From Massalongia carnosa (lineage: Eukaryota), in assembly GCA_965645245.1 (NCBI GenBank), contig OZ287073.1, positions 1,240,001 to 1,304,000 on the forward strand: DNA of 64,000 nucleotides. The letters run 5' to 3'. The notes under the pieces are model-generated. The model was not told the origin of the DNA. It worked only from the letters and a program-made list of their open reading frames with translations, and did no database searches. The position numbers and the translations under genes are program-made. Every line of letters begins with the position of its first letter. Positions within the stretch are counted from its first letter, which is position 1. This document shows positions 24,098 through 36,600 of the stretch, piece after piece.

Positions 24098-26514
24098 CTA
24101 AGTCCCTCGAAAAGCGTCAAAGCGCTTATACGTATAGCCGATGAACGGCAAGTTCATCTCGGCTACGTGTTCGTCGCCGAGGGCGTCGATCTGCGCGCGA
24201 TACATGGCCGAATGATCGTTCTGGTCAATCTCGTCGGTGGGAAAGTAGGAGACGTCGACGTTGGAGTTAAGGCGCGGCTCAAAAGGCGCGCGGATGGAGC
24301 GCAGCTGATCCCAAACCACGCGGTGAAAGAAGGGGTGCTCGCGGATCTCGGTGCTGCCGTACTGGCCGGCCGCGTTGCCGAGGCGGTTCGGGGCGTCGCA
24401 GAGGAGACTAGTGGCGGAAGAAGAAGGGGTTAGCGTGCAAAGAAGGGCAGGGGTGTTCGGAAAGGAACTTAGGGGATAAGCTTACTCTCGAATTAACGCC
24501 TCCGCGTCACGCCCTAAAGGGATGTCATCGGGGAATTGCAGCGTGTTGGGCCAATCGACGATTTTGCGATAGGTGTCGTGGGGCTCTTCGGCGCAGAAGG
24601 GGGGCCAACCGATGAGGCATTCGAACATGATTGCTCCCACCGACCACCAGTCGCAGCTAAAGGAATAGCCTTGACCGCTAAAGATCTCGGGAGCTATATA
24701 GTCGGGAGTGCCGACCGTGGAGTATGCCATGACACGGCGGGATTTGCGCCAGGTATTGATTTGGCCCCGGTTGCTCACCGTAAGGTTAATTTGGTCCAAC
24801 GAGACCGAGTTTCGATCGCGACTTTTGCTTGATGTGCCCTTTAGGAGCTGTTGATAGTATGAGTTCTCATGCTGTGCGTGAAAACCAGTGGAGAGACCAA
24901 AGTCGGTAAGCTTGATATGACCTCCACGGTCCAGCAGGATGTTGTCTGGTTTGATGTCGCTGTATAATCATCAGCAAACCTGACGGCCAAATGTCGAAGC
25001 AGTAAATCCCCCAATCCACGTGTCCAAGCGCACCAACAAACCCTGCAACGCGAACACTCCGAGAAAGAACATCAGACTTATCAAGTCCTTTGCGTGTACT
25101 TTGCTTGGTATGGGGAAAGGGACTTTCAGAGAGACAGCTGTTCGGAAATTATGAAACATTTCTCCGCCGTGAACCTGCACTTTACCGCACCTGAAAGGTA
25201 GCGGAAATTAAAGCACATGACTGTAAGAAAATCGGCATTTAAAGCTTCACGCAAGGCTTACCGATGAACATATCCCAACTTGTGTACCGCTTCAATGGCC
25301 AGAACGATTTCAGCCATATAAAATCTCGTTATGTCCTCGGAAAATATTTCATACTTGATGAGCATCGTCATCAAATCTCCTCCCGGTAGGAACTCCATCA
25401 ACATGTACAGGTACGTCGGATCCTGGAAAGTCGTGTGAAGCTTCACTACCCACGGACTATCCGACTCGGCCAGAATGTCACGTTCCGCACGCACATGGGC
25501 TAGCTGATCTTTCTTGAACATCTCCGTCTTGACCAAAGACTTGAGAGCATAGATTTTCCCGTCCGTTCTACGTTGCACTAACTTTACCTCCCCAAAGGCG
25601 CCTTTGCCGATCACTTTCTTGGTGACAAAGTTGGATGGTGATTCCTTAGTTCGCAGAAATCGAAGATACTGCGCTTCAGCCTTCCACATCCGTTCACTCT
25701 GCTGTTTTCGGAGGTAATCTGGGGTCTTTGGGTCCTTGAGATACTCCTCTAAGTCTCGAGCACTAAAACATTAAGATCTCCATTAGCCATATAGAGGGTG
25801 GCAAGCAAGAAAGTGCCATCAGTGCTGCAACAGATGTTCTTTAACATACCGCAAGTTACGGTCACGAGCTCGGGTGATGTTTTCCTTGAAAAAGGCTTCG
25901 ACCAACACATGCAGGCCCTGCCCACGTTTCCCGACGTTGGAGGAATACTTTTCTGGATTCTTCTCCGGCGGCTCTTCGGTAGCCAACGGTTGCTGTTGAC
26001 TGCCCGAGGCAGGGACTGGCGGCGAGAGAAGACTTCCATAACTCTGTGGACCATTTGCACCCCCTGTGCGTGGTTTCTGGTTTGGAGAGGGCTGACGTCC
26101 AAACGGGCTCGCTTGGCGCTGGACCGAGCCAAGGTTCTGGTTGGAAAACTGATGAGCGAGACCCGAGTTGGGGTCGTTGGGAGTATAAGCGCCTTGCCGT
26201 TGCTGATACGATGGTTGAGGGGTCGGGAGGCCTTGCTGCTGATACTGGCCTTGATACTGGGCCTGCTGAGGTTGACCGTACGAAGCTTGGTATGGGGAAT
26301 TCATGAAGTAGCCGCCAGCGCCATTATATCCCGCGGGACTCTGGATTTGAGATGATTGATATTCATTTGGGTTCTTGCCCGGTTGGCTTTTGAAAACCGG
26401 TTGCGGGAAGGTGGATGGGGTGGTGGGATAAACATTCTCGTTTGAGGTAAGATAGTTGCGATCATTGTTGTATCCTCCGGCAGCGAAGTTCAGGTGCAGA
26501 CGATTGGGATCCAT
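24098..26514 (-). CDS. cot-1: NDR-family Ser/Thr kinase COT1/Cbk1/Orb6
   Basis: [12 protein letters not shown]-rich N-terminus; [51 protein letters not shown]. Confidence 0.95.
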
Positions 26515-27822
26515 CGTGTAGTGCGAGAGCGGTATCAAAGAGTTCTTTTCCGGCGCGAGGCACAAGGGGGGATTCGACCACAAGAGGGTTCCCAGTTCAC
26601 AGGCCTTCGTTGAATTTAGCCAATTCGGTACTCTTTTCGATTCCTCCTACAACATGCCAAGAGCATAAAGCCAGGATCACGTTGGGTTGCGCTGATGGTT
26701 GACGGGGGGGATATTCTGTACAGCGTACAGAGTAAAGGATGATGGAAAGATCGCCAGCGAGTGTCGATTGGAAGCGTGTAACGAAGCCAATTGACGATCG
26801 GGATGAGCCGCTGGTCGTTGGCCAATCAGCGGTCTGAATCAAGATAAAAGATAAGTTAGGGTACACTACTCCGTAAGGTAGTTAGTTTAGGGCAAAAGCA
26901 CCACTCTTCAAGCAGCATGGCTGTGGAAATACACGTACAGGGTCACAGGGTCACAGGACGTATGGATGCAGAATCAATGGGAAGCTGTACCGCGTCCTGG
27001 CATTGTGCTCACTGTGTCCTTGTACCTGTCCCTTGGGACCTGAACGATTACGTTCAATGAGCGAATTTCCAAATTTCACGGAAGTGCAACAATCAGAATT
27101 GACAAATTTTCTTTTTCTCTTTTTTCCCGAAGAACAAGAACAAGACCTTTCCATGCAGGCAAGGGGGTAGGTACCCTTTCCCTGTCAGACCCTGAAGGAG
27201 GCCGGTCTAACGCGAAAGGGATGACGGCTTCTGATACCGACAGGGCTAACACGTGGCATGTTATCCTGTTTTGCTGTTTCTGTTTCTATATTGTCCGTAT
27301 GGTCAGTGGAGATTGGGGGATAGTAGCGAAACGAGAAGAGATCATCATGTCTAATTAACTATCCAATATATGAACAACCTTCTTCGGCTCAGCGAAACGA
27401 GAAGTAGTTAATCATGTGTCTGAATCTTCTTATGTATTACCTAATTCTAAGCCGTTGCGTTTAGGAGGCTCAAACTGCGCAAAAAGGGGTAGGCAACAAA
27501 CACGGAGTAACACAAGACATTTACGTAATTACACGAGCAACCTTTAAACGATCACACCAGCACTTTGGCTAAGAAGAGAATCATTGTCACGTGACATGTC
27601 GAGGAGGAACGAAAAATCACGATACAAGGTACGGAGTACTGTGTACAAGATACGTTACATACAAGTTAGCCGAGCTTCAGGGATTACACGTTTCTCACTA
27701 TTGTGTTATAAACCAGCTAGTTGTAATGAGAAACTTCCCGCGTGGATAGAAGACATATCGAATAAATCTGTGGAGGCGATGAGGGAACCACCGTTTAAGT
27801 GATCCTCAGTTAGGATTGAAGC

Positions 27823-29348
27823 ATGGCTGAAAATCCAAAGATTCAAGGCGATGCTATGGCACAAGATGTTTTACCTGCACCAAAGCCCAAAGTGGTGGTA
27901 AATCCGGCTTTTCGAATGATGGGTATTTGCATTCACCTTGAGCAGGCAATCAACCCAAACTTACCCTTCTTCTTTCAGGGCTCCCCCGATTCAAGCTCAA
28001 GCTTCCCTCCCGGAACTGGCTTATCTTCCTCTCCATCACCGGCTCCTTCGCTACCACCCTTCTCTACGACCGCCACCATAAAAGAAAGGCACAGCGAAGA
28101 TGGTGCAACCTCGTCTCGCACCTCGCCCAAGAACCTCTCCCTATCAACCTCATGCCCCGCAGAATCACAATCTTCCTTGCCGCCCCTCCCGGCGATGGTT
28201 TACGGGTCGTCCGCGAGCATTTTCACGAATACATCAAGCCGATCCTTGTGGCCGGTGCGCTGGACTGGGAGGTGATTGAAGGCCGGCGGGAAGGTGAGGT
28301 GCGCGCCGGCCTAGCCGAGAAGATCCGGAAGCTACGGAAACGCAATGGTGAGAAACCGCCGCTGGTCGATTCGGTGGAGGATGGTAAGGAGGGAGAAGAA
28401 GAGTTGCTGGAGCAGGCACGGCGGAAGAGTGGAATTGGGGAGTGGGATGGGGTGCAGGGCGACTTGATCCTTGGCCGGCACACGTGGAAAGAGTACGTTC
28501 GCGGCCTGCACGAGGGCTGGCTAGGCCCGCTAGACACCCCTCCTCCCCCTTCGTCCACCGAAGTATCTGTTGACCCCCTCCCCCCAACCCCAACCCCGGA
28601 CGCCCCCCCCTCTCAAGACCCCGAATCTACCTCTACCGAAGCCCTTTCCGACACGCCTTCAACTCCCCCTACACCCGTCACTCCCCCTTCAAAAACCCAT
28701 TCGCCGCTTCCTGCTTTTATCTCCCCCACCTCCTACCCCACAGCTCCTCTTTCCCCTTCAATCCCTTCCTCTCTTCCCCCCTCCCTTCCACTTCCTCTTC
28801 CCCACCTTCTCGGCTTCCTCAACACTCCCATCCGTTTCTACCGCTTTCTCACTCAACGCCACCTCGCCGATCAAACTGGCGCTGCGGTCGCGGCCCTTGT
28901 GCTCGCTTCTCACTCCCGCCCCTACGAAGCCTCCCTCCCACTTCCCGGCTCCGACGCCCCGGTAACAACACAAGCAGACAATACATCAAGCGCCCCCCAC
29001 CAAGCTTGGGAACAAGACCTTGCTCTCAAAGCCGAAGAAACCGAATGGCACAAGTCCGTCTGGAAGGATGTTGAGGGCGCTCTCCCAGATGCAGAGCGTG
29101 AGTGGCGAGAGCCGATGGTACTGGACGAGCGGATCGCCACGCGGATGCGGCTATTTGAGCTGGCGCCTGAGGAAGCTGCGAGAGCGGAGAGAGGGGAATG
29201 GGGTGGTGATGAGGATGCGGGGGGGAGCAAGAAGACGAAGAACTCCATATGGGGAGGGTGGGTGGATGGGATTCGGGCGTGGATGGGGGATGAGAGGGAA
29301 GAGGTGCGTGGATGGGAGATGGGACTTGTGGGGGGGGAGGACGAGTAG
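27823..29348 (+). CDS. TIM54: Mitochondrial inner membrane translocase subunit Tim54
   Basis: NPAFRMM/GLPRFKLKLPSRNWLIF, APPGDGLRVVREHFHEYIKPILVAGALDWEVIEGRREG, HLLGFLNTPIRFYRFL. Confidence 0.92.
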
Positions 29349-30341
29349 ATTTTGTGGGGGAGGAAAAGAGGGGGGTTTAGGGTGGTGGAGGTGAGATATG
29401 TATTTTATCTATCTTCGCACTCCAGTCATCTTCTCCTGTACCACAATTAAGTCAACCACTTAAACAACCATACAAAAATCAATCCAATATTCCCAACCCA
29501 ACCCGTCCCATTCTCGTCTTGCCTCGCCCCCCCCCCCTCTCCCCCCAACCAGGTGCTTTGCTTCCCTTCCGTTCACTTAGGCAAACAAGAAAATTAGAGA
29601 CAGAGAGACGGACGAGAGACGAGACCAGAGCGGAAGATGAAGAAGGAAGTAGGCAGACAGAGAAGAGGGAGGCGGAGGGGAAATCCTGAAAAAAATATAT
29701 ATGTCAAATAAATGATAGAGCAAGACCACATAAATTCAGGAATCGTGATATTGATTTCCCATATTTATATCTAGTTATTTCTCTCTCTCTCTCTCTCTGT
29801 CTGTCTGAGTGAGTGAGTGGGTGGGTGATTGGCTGGCTGAATGTCCAAATCATCGAAATAACCACCCTACCCTCCCCTCTAGCTAACTAGCTGGCCTACC
29901 TAATCCTAACAAAAAACCAGCCCAACTGCCAACCCAACCCGGCAAGCGAGCTAGAAAGTAAGAAAACGAGCAGATGTAGATGTAGAATAGATATAGCCTG
30001 CCTGCCTGCCTGCCTATTTACCTATCTATCTATTTATCTACCCGCTCACCCACCCATCCACCCACTTTAGCTAGGTATGTACTTACTTAGGTAGTTGCGG
30101 TGTTTGGGGTAACAAAGCGGAGGAGGAATAAGATGAACGAAGAGGAGAGGAAAAGGAACAGAGCGGACAGAGGAGAAATGAAAGAAAGAAAACAAACTCG
30201 AAAGAGTTGTAATACTTTTTCCGGGTCCTGAAGGTCCCCGAGAACGTTCATTTTTCATGCATGGGAGAAACGAACAAATGAAGCAAGCCATCACGGCCCA
30301 TTCCCCCCTCTCCCTTTCCGTCTCCTGCGCCGCAACGCTAA

Positions 30342-33018
30342 CTAACCCCCCCTCCCCTGAAAAACGTCCGCTTCCGGCCACCGGGCCTGGGCCTTGGCAA
30401 CATACGCCCCGACAACATCATCATTCCCACCCCACTCCCTTAACAGCTCCAAGCCCGCGTGCGCCTCGGCGAGGGAAAGGTTCTCGAAGCCCAACGTGGC
30501 GAGCAGGTCGTTCTGGTTCTGCGCAGCGGAGGCCGGGTCGAGGAAGGCACGGGCGAGGAGGAAGGCGTGAGTATGTAGCGTGCTCTCAGGGTGGCGAGCG
30601 AGGAAATCGGCGTTGAAGGCGGCGAGGTCGATGGGTTTGGAATGGGGACCGAGGAGGGGCGCAAGCTCAGTGTGAAGGATCTGGGAAATTTGGGGGGGGA
30701 GCGGGGAGGGGAGGTGTGAGAGGGTGTGGTGGAGGCAGAGGAGGTGTTCGTGGGTGGTAGGGGAGGAGGGGGAGAGGGCGTGCGCGGCGAGGAGGCAGCG
30801 GAGGGCGAGGAGGTATTTTTCTATTGTTTTATTAAAGGGGTTGGTGGTTAGGGTTCGCATCGGATGAGAAGGTGGCTTTTGAGGGTCTTGGGGGGGGGAT
30901 AGGATGACCTACTCAGTCGGAGAAATACTTTAAATCCTACCTGCTGTGCGACGATACTCTTGGGGCTGAATTCTAGTAATGGCGTTATAAATCTCATAGC
31001 GTCGGTGAGGGGCTCCGAGGTTCGCAGAAGCGTTGCGCCGGTGGGATCTTTGTCTTCTTTTTTGGCTTCGCCGTCAGAACGGGTGACAGCGGTCTTTTTC
31101 AAATCCCTTTTCCCTGCTTCGATTTCTTCTTGCTTTTGTTGTTCCTTCTTAGCCTTTTTCTGCGCCTTCTTTCGCTCCGACGCTTCGAGTTTGTCCAAAT
31201 CGCCGTTGACGCCGTTTGCTAAAAGGCCTTTGGCAAGATGAGGCTTGTCGTGGAGCTTTATATAGATCTTTACAGCGGCAATAGCAGCGCGAGAGAAGAA
31301 TGGATGATCCCGAAGGTGGTCCTCCCACCGGATCATGTCGACGTACGCTCTTATCTGACCTTTTCGCAGTGAAAAGACATGGAAGTCGAACTGATCTTCT
31401 TGCCATATGTCGAAGATGTTATAGATTGATGTAAACCGTTTCAGTGCAAGTCCAAGTTTTCCCTGGCGCAAGTACGATTCTCCATCCTCAGTGATATACC
31501 ACATACATTGCATGTCGTGGAGATCTCCTAGAGGTCCACCCACGGCCTCATTCCTGGTGAATTTGCTCATGTTTTCCAGTGCAGCATCGGTTTCGTTGTT
31601 CCGTAACTGGTACTTAGCGGCTTTCGTATTGATGTATCGATCTCTTTCATCTAATGACCTAGCCTTTTCCATGGTCTCCGACGCTTTTTGCAAATTGCCC
31701 AAATGTTTCCATATTCTAGCTTTAGTCATATGCAAATCCACCGACTCCGGGCTCAATGCTATTACCTCGTCAATTGTTTTCATTGCTTTCGCCAGATCGC
31801 GAGTAAGATGGTAGTTATAATGCTGTGCAAGAAAATATTGCACAGAGGATTCGAAATTGGACGTTTCCCCATTGACTTTTTCGTCAGCCAAGCCATTCGC
31901 CTGCGGGCTGTACGTGCCAGCTGCGTAGCTTTCCACCAGTTCTTGTATAGCGTCTCGTTTGGCGCTGTCCGTATACAGAGCTTTAACGTTAGCAAAGGTT
32001 GACGGTATCCCTTTGTGGAGCATATGCTGCAGGTACCGATCAGCAGCTTCCCGAAAGTCGTCACCCTCAAGAAAGTCCAACGGTATTCTTCTCGCGGCAT
32101 CTCCTCTTGGATTTTTTGATGCGATTTCTTCATACAAGAGTTGCAGAGGCTTTACGTCTGTAGTTGTTAACCCCAACGCATTCTGCAGCCCAGTGTAATA
32201 CGCTCGATACTCAGCATTTCGGTTCAGCAACGCACGATAAACTTCTTCAGCTTCCTTCATCCGCCCTAGCTCAAGTAGATATTGCCCGCGCATCTCCATC
32301 ACCGCTGTGCGATCTAGATTATTTTTAGGGATAGCATCAAGGTGTTCCAAAGCCCGCTCAGTCTCTCCAATCTCCGCAATAATCTTATTTTTATACAGCA
32401 CGGCCTCTGAGTGTTCAGTATCGGTTTTCGGTGGTGGAGACCTCAGCGTCTCCTCGTACGTCGTGAGTGTCCTTTCCGCATCCACCAGATCACCCGCCAG
32501 ATGTTGCGCTACAGCCAATGCTGTCCAGTTCTGCCGCACGCTTGTCCGTGCCTGGAGTATGGCCCGCCGACTCTGCACATAGCCTTGGTAGTCTCGCATT
32601 TGCATTTGCAATAATGCCAGGTCCCTCTGAATCTGCTGGGATTCAGGCTCCAGCCTCAATGCAAACTTGTATGCCTTGATAGCCTCTTCGAAGTTCTTGA
32701 CCGAGCGGTACAGAAGCCCATAGACATGCCAACAGATGTGCGATTTCATGTCATGTTTGAGCGCAACCTTGGCCAGCGCAAACGCTTCGTCTGAGTTACC
32801 CTGGGAGTTGATGATGAGAGCTTTCATAGCTTGCGTATCGCCATGATCCGGCACACGGCGGAGGATCTGGTCCGCTGCCTTGATGCCTTTTCAAGCCATT
32901 AGCTCAAGTAGTAGAGAGATGAGCATTCGTAGTTACCCTTTTTATACTGCTTATTCTCATAATTCTTGACCAACTGAGAAAAGAGCGAGCGGTCCTTTGA
33001 ACTAGCCAAGGGCGGCAT
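30342..33018 (-). CDS. NAT1: NatA N-acetyltransferase auxiliary subunit (Naa15)
   Basis: YENKQYKKG, SHICWHVYGLLYR, RDLALLQMQMRD, DRYINTKAAKYQLR, DQFDFHVFSLRK; 2 introns. Confidence 0.95.
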
Positions 33019-33791
33019 TTCAGCACGTCGCGCAGCTACGGCGACTGAGAAACCTTGATTTCCGATGAAGACTACAAAGAAATTTATTAGTTCGCGCCAG
33101 CAACCTGCTGATGAACCCGGGCGGTGAAGTGCGGACGACAAATGGCACACTAAATGAAATGCCTAAGTTTTTATGATATCGACTACTTTCGTTTCACACC
33201 GCCATGTATTTAATTAATGAGAGGGGGAAATGACTCAAATATCCGCAGTAATGATGGCTCTTGAGCAACATTCATCAAGAAAATCAATTTTAGAGGATGA
33301 GGCGGATCATGAGCGGTTCGCCCCTGACTTAGGGAGGTTGTTGTGTAGACATTGGATTAGCAGCTACAATCGACAAATAATTATCATAGCAAATAACACG
33401 TGGATGGCTACTCTATCATTCATGGAACTGGAGAATGAACGTCTTTGCTCTGGCCACGGACCCGCGGCAGAAAGGTAAAACGAATAGTTATTAAGGCTCG
33501 GAATCTTTGTCACAAATTGATACACCTATTGATATAATAGACCTTATGTCTTTGGAAAAAGAAGATTTTTGGTGATTGAGATCGAGTTGTGAGAAGCATA
33601 AACATATCCTGTCATCATTGTGTTGACGTAAAAAGACTTAGAAGACGCCCTTCAACCCTGTTGAAACAATCTTTCTTGTACCCATTAGCTGCGTCCGAAC
33701 GGTTTACCTATTAGTAGTATAACCTTAGTCCAGCTTCAATAATGCCCCCAAAGAAGGTGCTTAGAAACCCTTCTAGAATAGACACGATGTG

Positions 33792-34437
33792 CTACTGATG
33801 GCTCTTCTTATATATGCGCCACCTATTCAATGCTTCCTCCCAGCCTTGTCCAATATCTCCACATCTTTCTGACACCAAACCCCATGATCTCGCTCGTATT
33901 ATATTTTCTACACTCCTTTCGTTGCGAACAAGGTTGGCTAGGGATTCCGTTCGCACTTCCCTTGAAAAGAATCGACCACTGTACGGATCGAGTCTTTCGT
34001 CTACAACCCGCTCCCTTTCATTGGCCGATTCGACATCTCGTAAAACCAGGTCTGGATCTTCAGGATCTAATGCTACGCCCGCACAGTAATTGAGGACATC
34101 GGATCTAGCCTGCCATGACTGGAACAGCACATCCTTAAATTTTTGACATGAGCTTTGGTCCACAATCTTTCTACCAGCAGAACGCATTGGCCCCTCCGCT
34201 ATGGATGACGGGTCAAACCCTTTTTTGGACGGTGTCATAAGAGCATTAAGGTTTTGCACTATCGAGTCGTCGATCATTCCGCGAGATATCCGTAGAAAGT
34301 CTACACATGACCGTTATACTCAGCAGGTGATGGAGGAAGAGTTAAGACGGTAGGGAGAGGTAGTATCTACCCCGAAGCGCTGCTTGGTTAAAACAAAATT
34401 GTGGACTTAATCGCGGCGCAGTCGAGAGCTGCGACAT
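33792..34437 (-). CDS. MIX23: Mix23/Cid2 (CCDC58) mitochondrial intermembrane-space protein
   Basis: PRLSPQFCFNQAALR/DFLRISRGMIDDSIVQNLN, WQARSDVLNYC, ERLDPYSGR, ERSVENIIRARSW. Confidence 0.85.
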
Positions 34438-34785
34438 ACTTCTTTTCGGCGGCTCTTTTTTTAGCTCTATCTCCTGCTGCCTTTCCTGCACCACAGCCAG
34501 CTCCAACTCGTGCTTCCGTCTCTGCTGCTCCAGTCTCTTTCCGTTGGTCCAAAAAAAGCCCGCCACCTTGTAGAGAGAAACAAGACCTTGGGATGCTTAA
34601 AGCGCAAGTAGGATTTATGTCTAATCACTGAAGAACTCCTTCTGGATAGCTATAAGACTAGATCCTCGAATTTGATTGGTGATGCTGCTTTTGAATGATG
34701 AAGAAGAAAGACGTTGGCGAACTCAGGACTGAAACGCGATATCACGTGATTAACTAAGTGTATCAATCGCTTAGGAGTGCCGTAT

Positions 34786-36111
34786 CACGCGGGTGACAAA
34801 ATAAATTGCAACGTGTAAGCGAATTTACCCCTGAATGCCCCATCAAAACACCCTCCTTTTTTTCAACTTTTTATCTCATCATCAATGTCTCGACCCAAAA
34901 AGCCTCATTATGATACTCCCACAAAGGCCAAAGTTCAAGGAGCTTATCAATTTCTCATCTCACATGCAATTCCATTCGATCCACGGGCCATTTTTCAGGA
35001 ATTTGGCGTGGCCGAGCGCGCGGGCTATAACATCATCAAAAGCGGAGCTTCTTCTCGCACACGTCACAATTCTTCTCTCGTTGAGACTCGGGGTCGAAAG
35101 CGAAATATTAGTGATGATCAGCTGAAGGAGGCAGATCACATTCTGCACGATCAAGATCTACAGTTGGAAGGAAAACGCTACACATGGGATGCTTTAGCAC
35201 AGGAGATTGGGGCCGACGTGATGGGACGTACAATGAAGAGAACTCTTACAGCTGCCTTGAATTATCACAAATGTCTAGCCTGTGTCAAAGGGTGGCTGGC
35301 AATGGCATCAGAAGAAAGAAGAGAAGAATTTGCTACAGTTATGTTAAATAAATATCCTCGGTCCGAAGACTGGCATCGCGTACGATTCAGCGATGAGATT
35401 CATTTTGGCTACGGGCCTGAAGGACAGTTACGAATCATTCGTAAGCCCGGAACGAGATATCGTTGGGATTGTATTCAGCATCGTGATGCACCACCTGAGA
35501 AAGATCGTAAAAGAAAGCACTGCTGGGCAGCAGTTGTTTACAATTTCAAGTCGGATATCTACTTCTACGATGTGCCCAGCAATAGCAATGGAAAATGACT
35601 CATCAGGTGTATATTGACGCTATTCTTGATCCCGTTGTCAAGCCCTGGTTGGAGCGTGGAGATGACTTCGTACTTGAAGAAGATGGAGACTCTGGTCATG
35701 GCACGGGCAAGACACGAAACGCGGTCAAAAAGTGGAAGTTAGATCACGATTTAGAGCACTATTTCAATTGTGCTTCATCTCCTGATCTAGCCTCCATTGA
35801 AAATTGCTGGCAGCCCGCAAAGCAGCATGTTCGTAAATTTCCTCATTGGGACGATGCAAGTTTGGAGCAGCTGATTAGGGAGGGATGGGCTCGAGTCAGT
35901 CAGGAATTTATCAATGAAAGGGTGTTATCCATGCCCAAAAGATTGAAAGAGGTAAAAGATGCAAAGGGGGCGATGACTGGTTATTGATCTCATGTAATTT
36001 AGATGAATTTTATCAGCTATGCAGATGATGGTTGATGATGAGATGAAAATTTGAATAAAAAAGGGGGGGTAAATTCGCTTACACGTTGCAATTTATTTTG
36101 TCACCCGCGTG
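34786..36111 (+). mobile_element. IS630/Tc1-type DNA transposon, DD38E, 5-bp TSD
   Basis: Perfect 46-bp TIRs (CACGCGGGTGACAAAATAAATTGCAACGTGTAAGCGAATTTACCCC) at 34786-34831 and 36066-36111; CGTAT directly flanks both ends. Confidence 0.95.
34885..35987 (+). pseudogene. Transposase split by a -1 frameshift
   Basis: ORFs 34885-35598 and 35595-35987 overlap at GGAAAATGACT; motifs RGRKR, VRFSDE, LEEDGDSGHG, SPDLASIENCW. Confidence 0.85.
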
Positions 36112-36567
36112 CGTATCCAGCTAGCCTCAACCTTGCCGCACTTCACTTCCTTCTGTCCTTCCCTCATAATAACTCTGGTTGTTACTCCGCGTCAATGTGA
36201 ATATGCCTCCATACTGTTTCTCTTGTATTCTAATCTGGTCAACGCTTCTATGCTTATCAGGGCCTCAACCCGGCCGGAGTGAGGCGGTGCAATAGTCTAC
36301 AATGGCATTTTGCTCGTTGACGACCTTTTCCACCCCCTCTCCTTCGTTCTTCTTTACTCTCTATCTCTCTCCGCCTCTGGCCTTCCTCTGTCATCTCGCA
36401 CTCACGTCTCTTCTTCCGTCGTCCCAGTTCTATCGTTGATCTTCCCAGACCTCGATGAGCGTCTTTACGTTCCCGGACGCATACTATGAGAAAGGCGATT
36501 CATTAGTGGTCGAAAGCGATGATGAAGAGAATTTTGACATCAATTTGAACGCTTTTGATGTAGATCA

Positions 36568-36600
36568 GCAGGAGCTAAAGCAGGAGCTAAAGCAGGAGCT
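36568..36600 (+). repeat. 12-bp tandem repeat (CAGGAGCTAAAG, about 2.7 copies)
   Basis: Read directly from the sequence. Confidence 0.8.

Noticed and set aside
27324..27425. Duplicated AGCGAAACGAGAAG
   Set aside because: Short local duplication with no further supporting structure.
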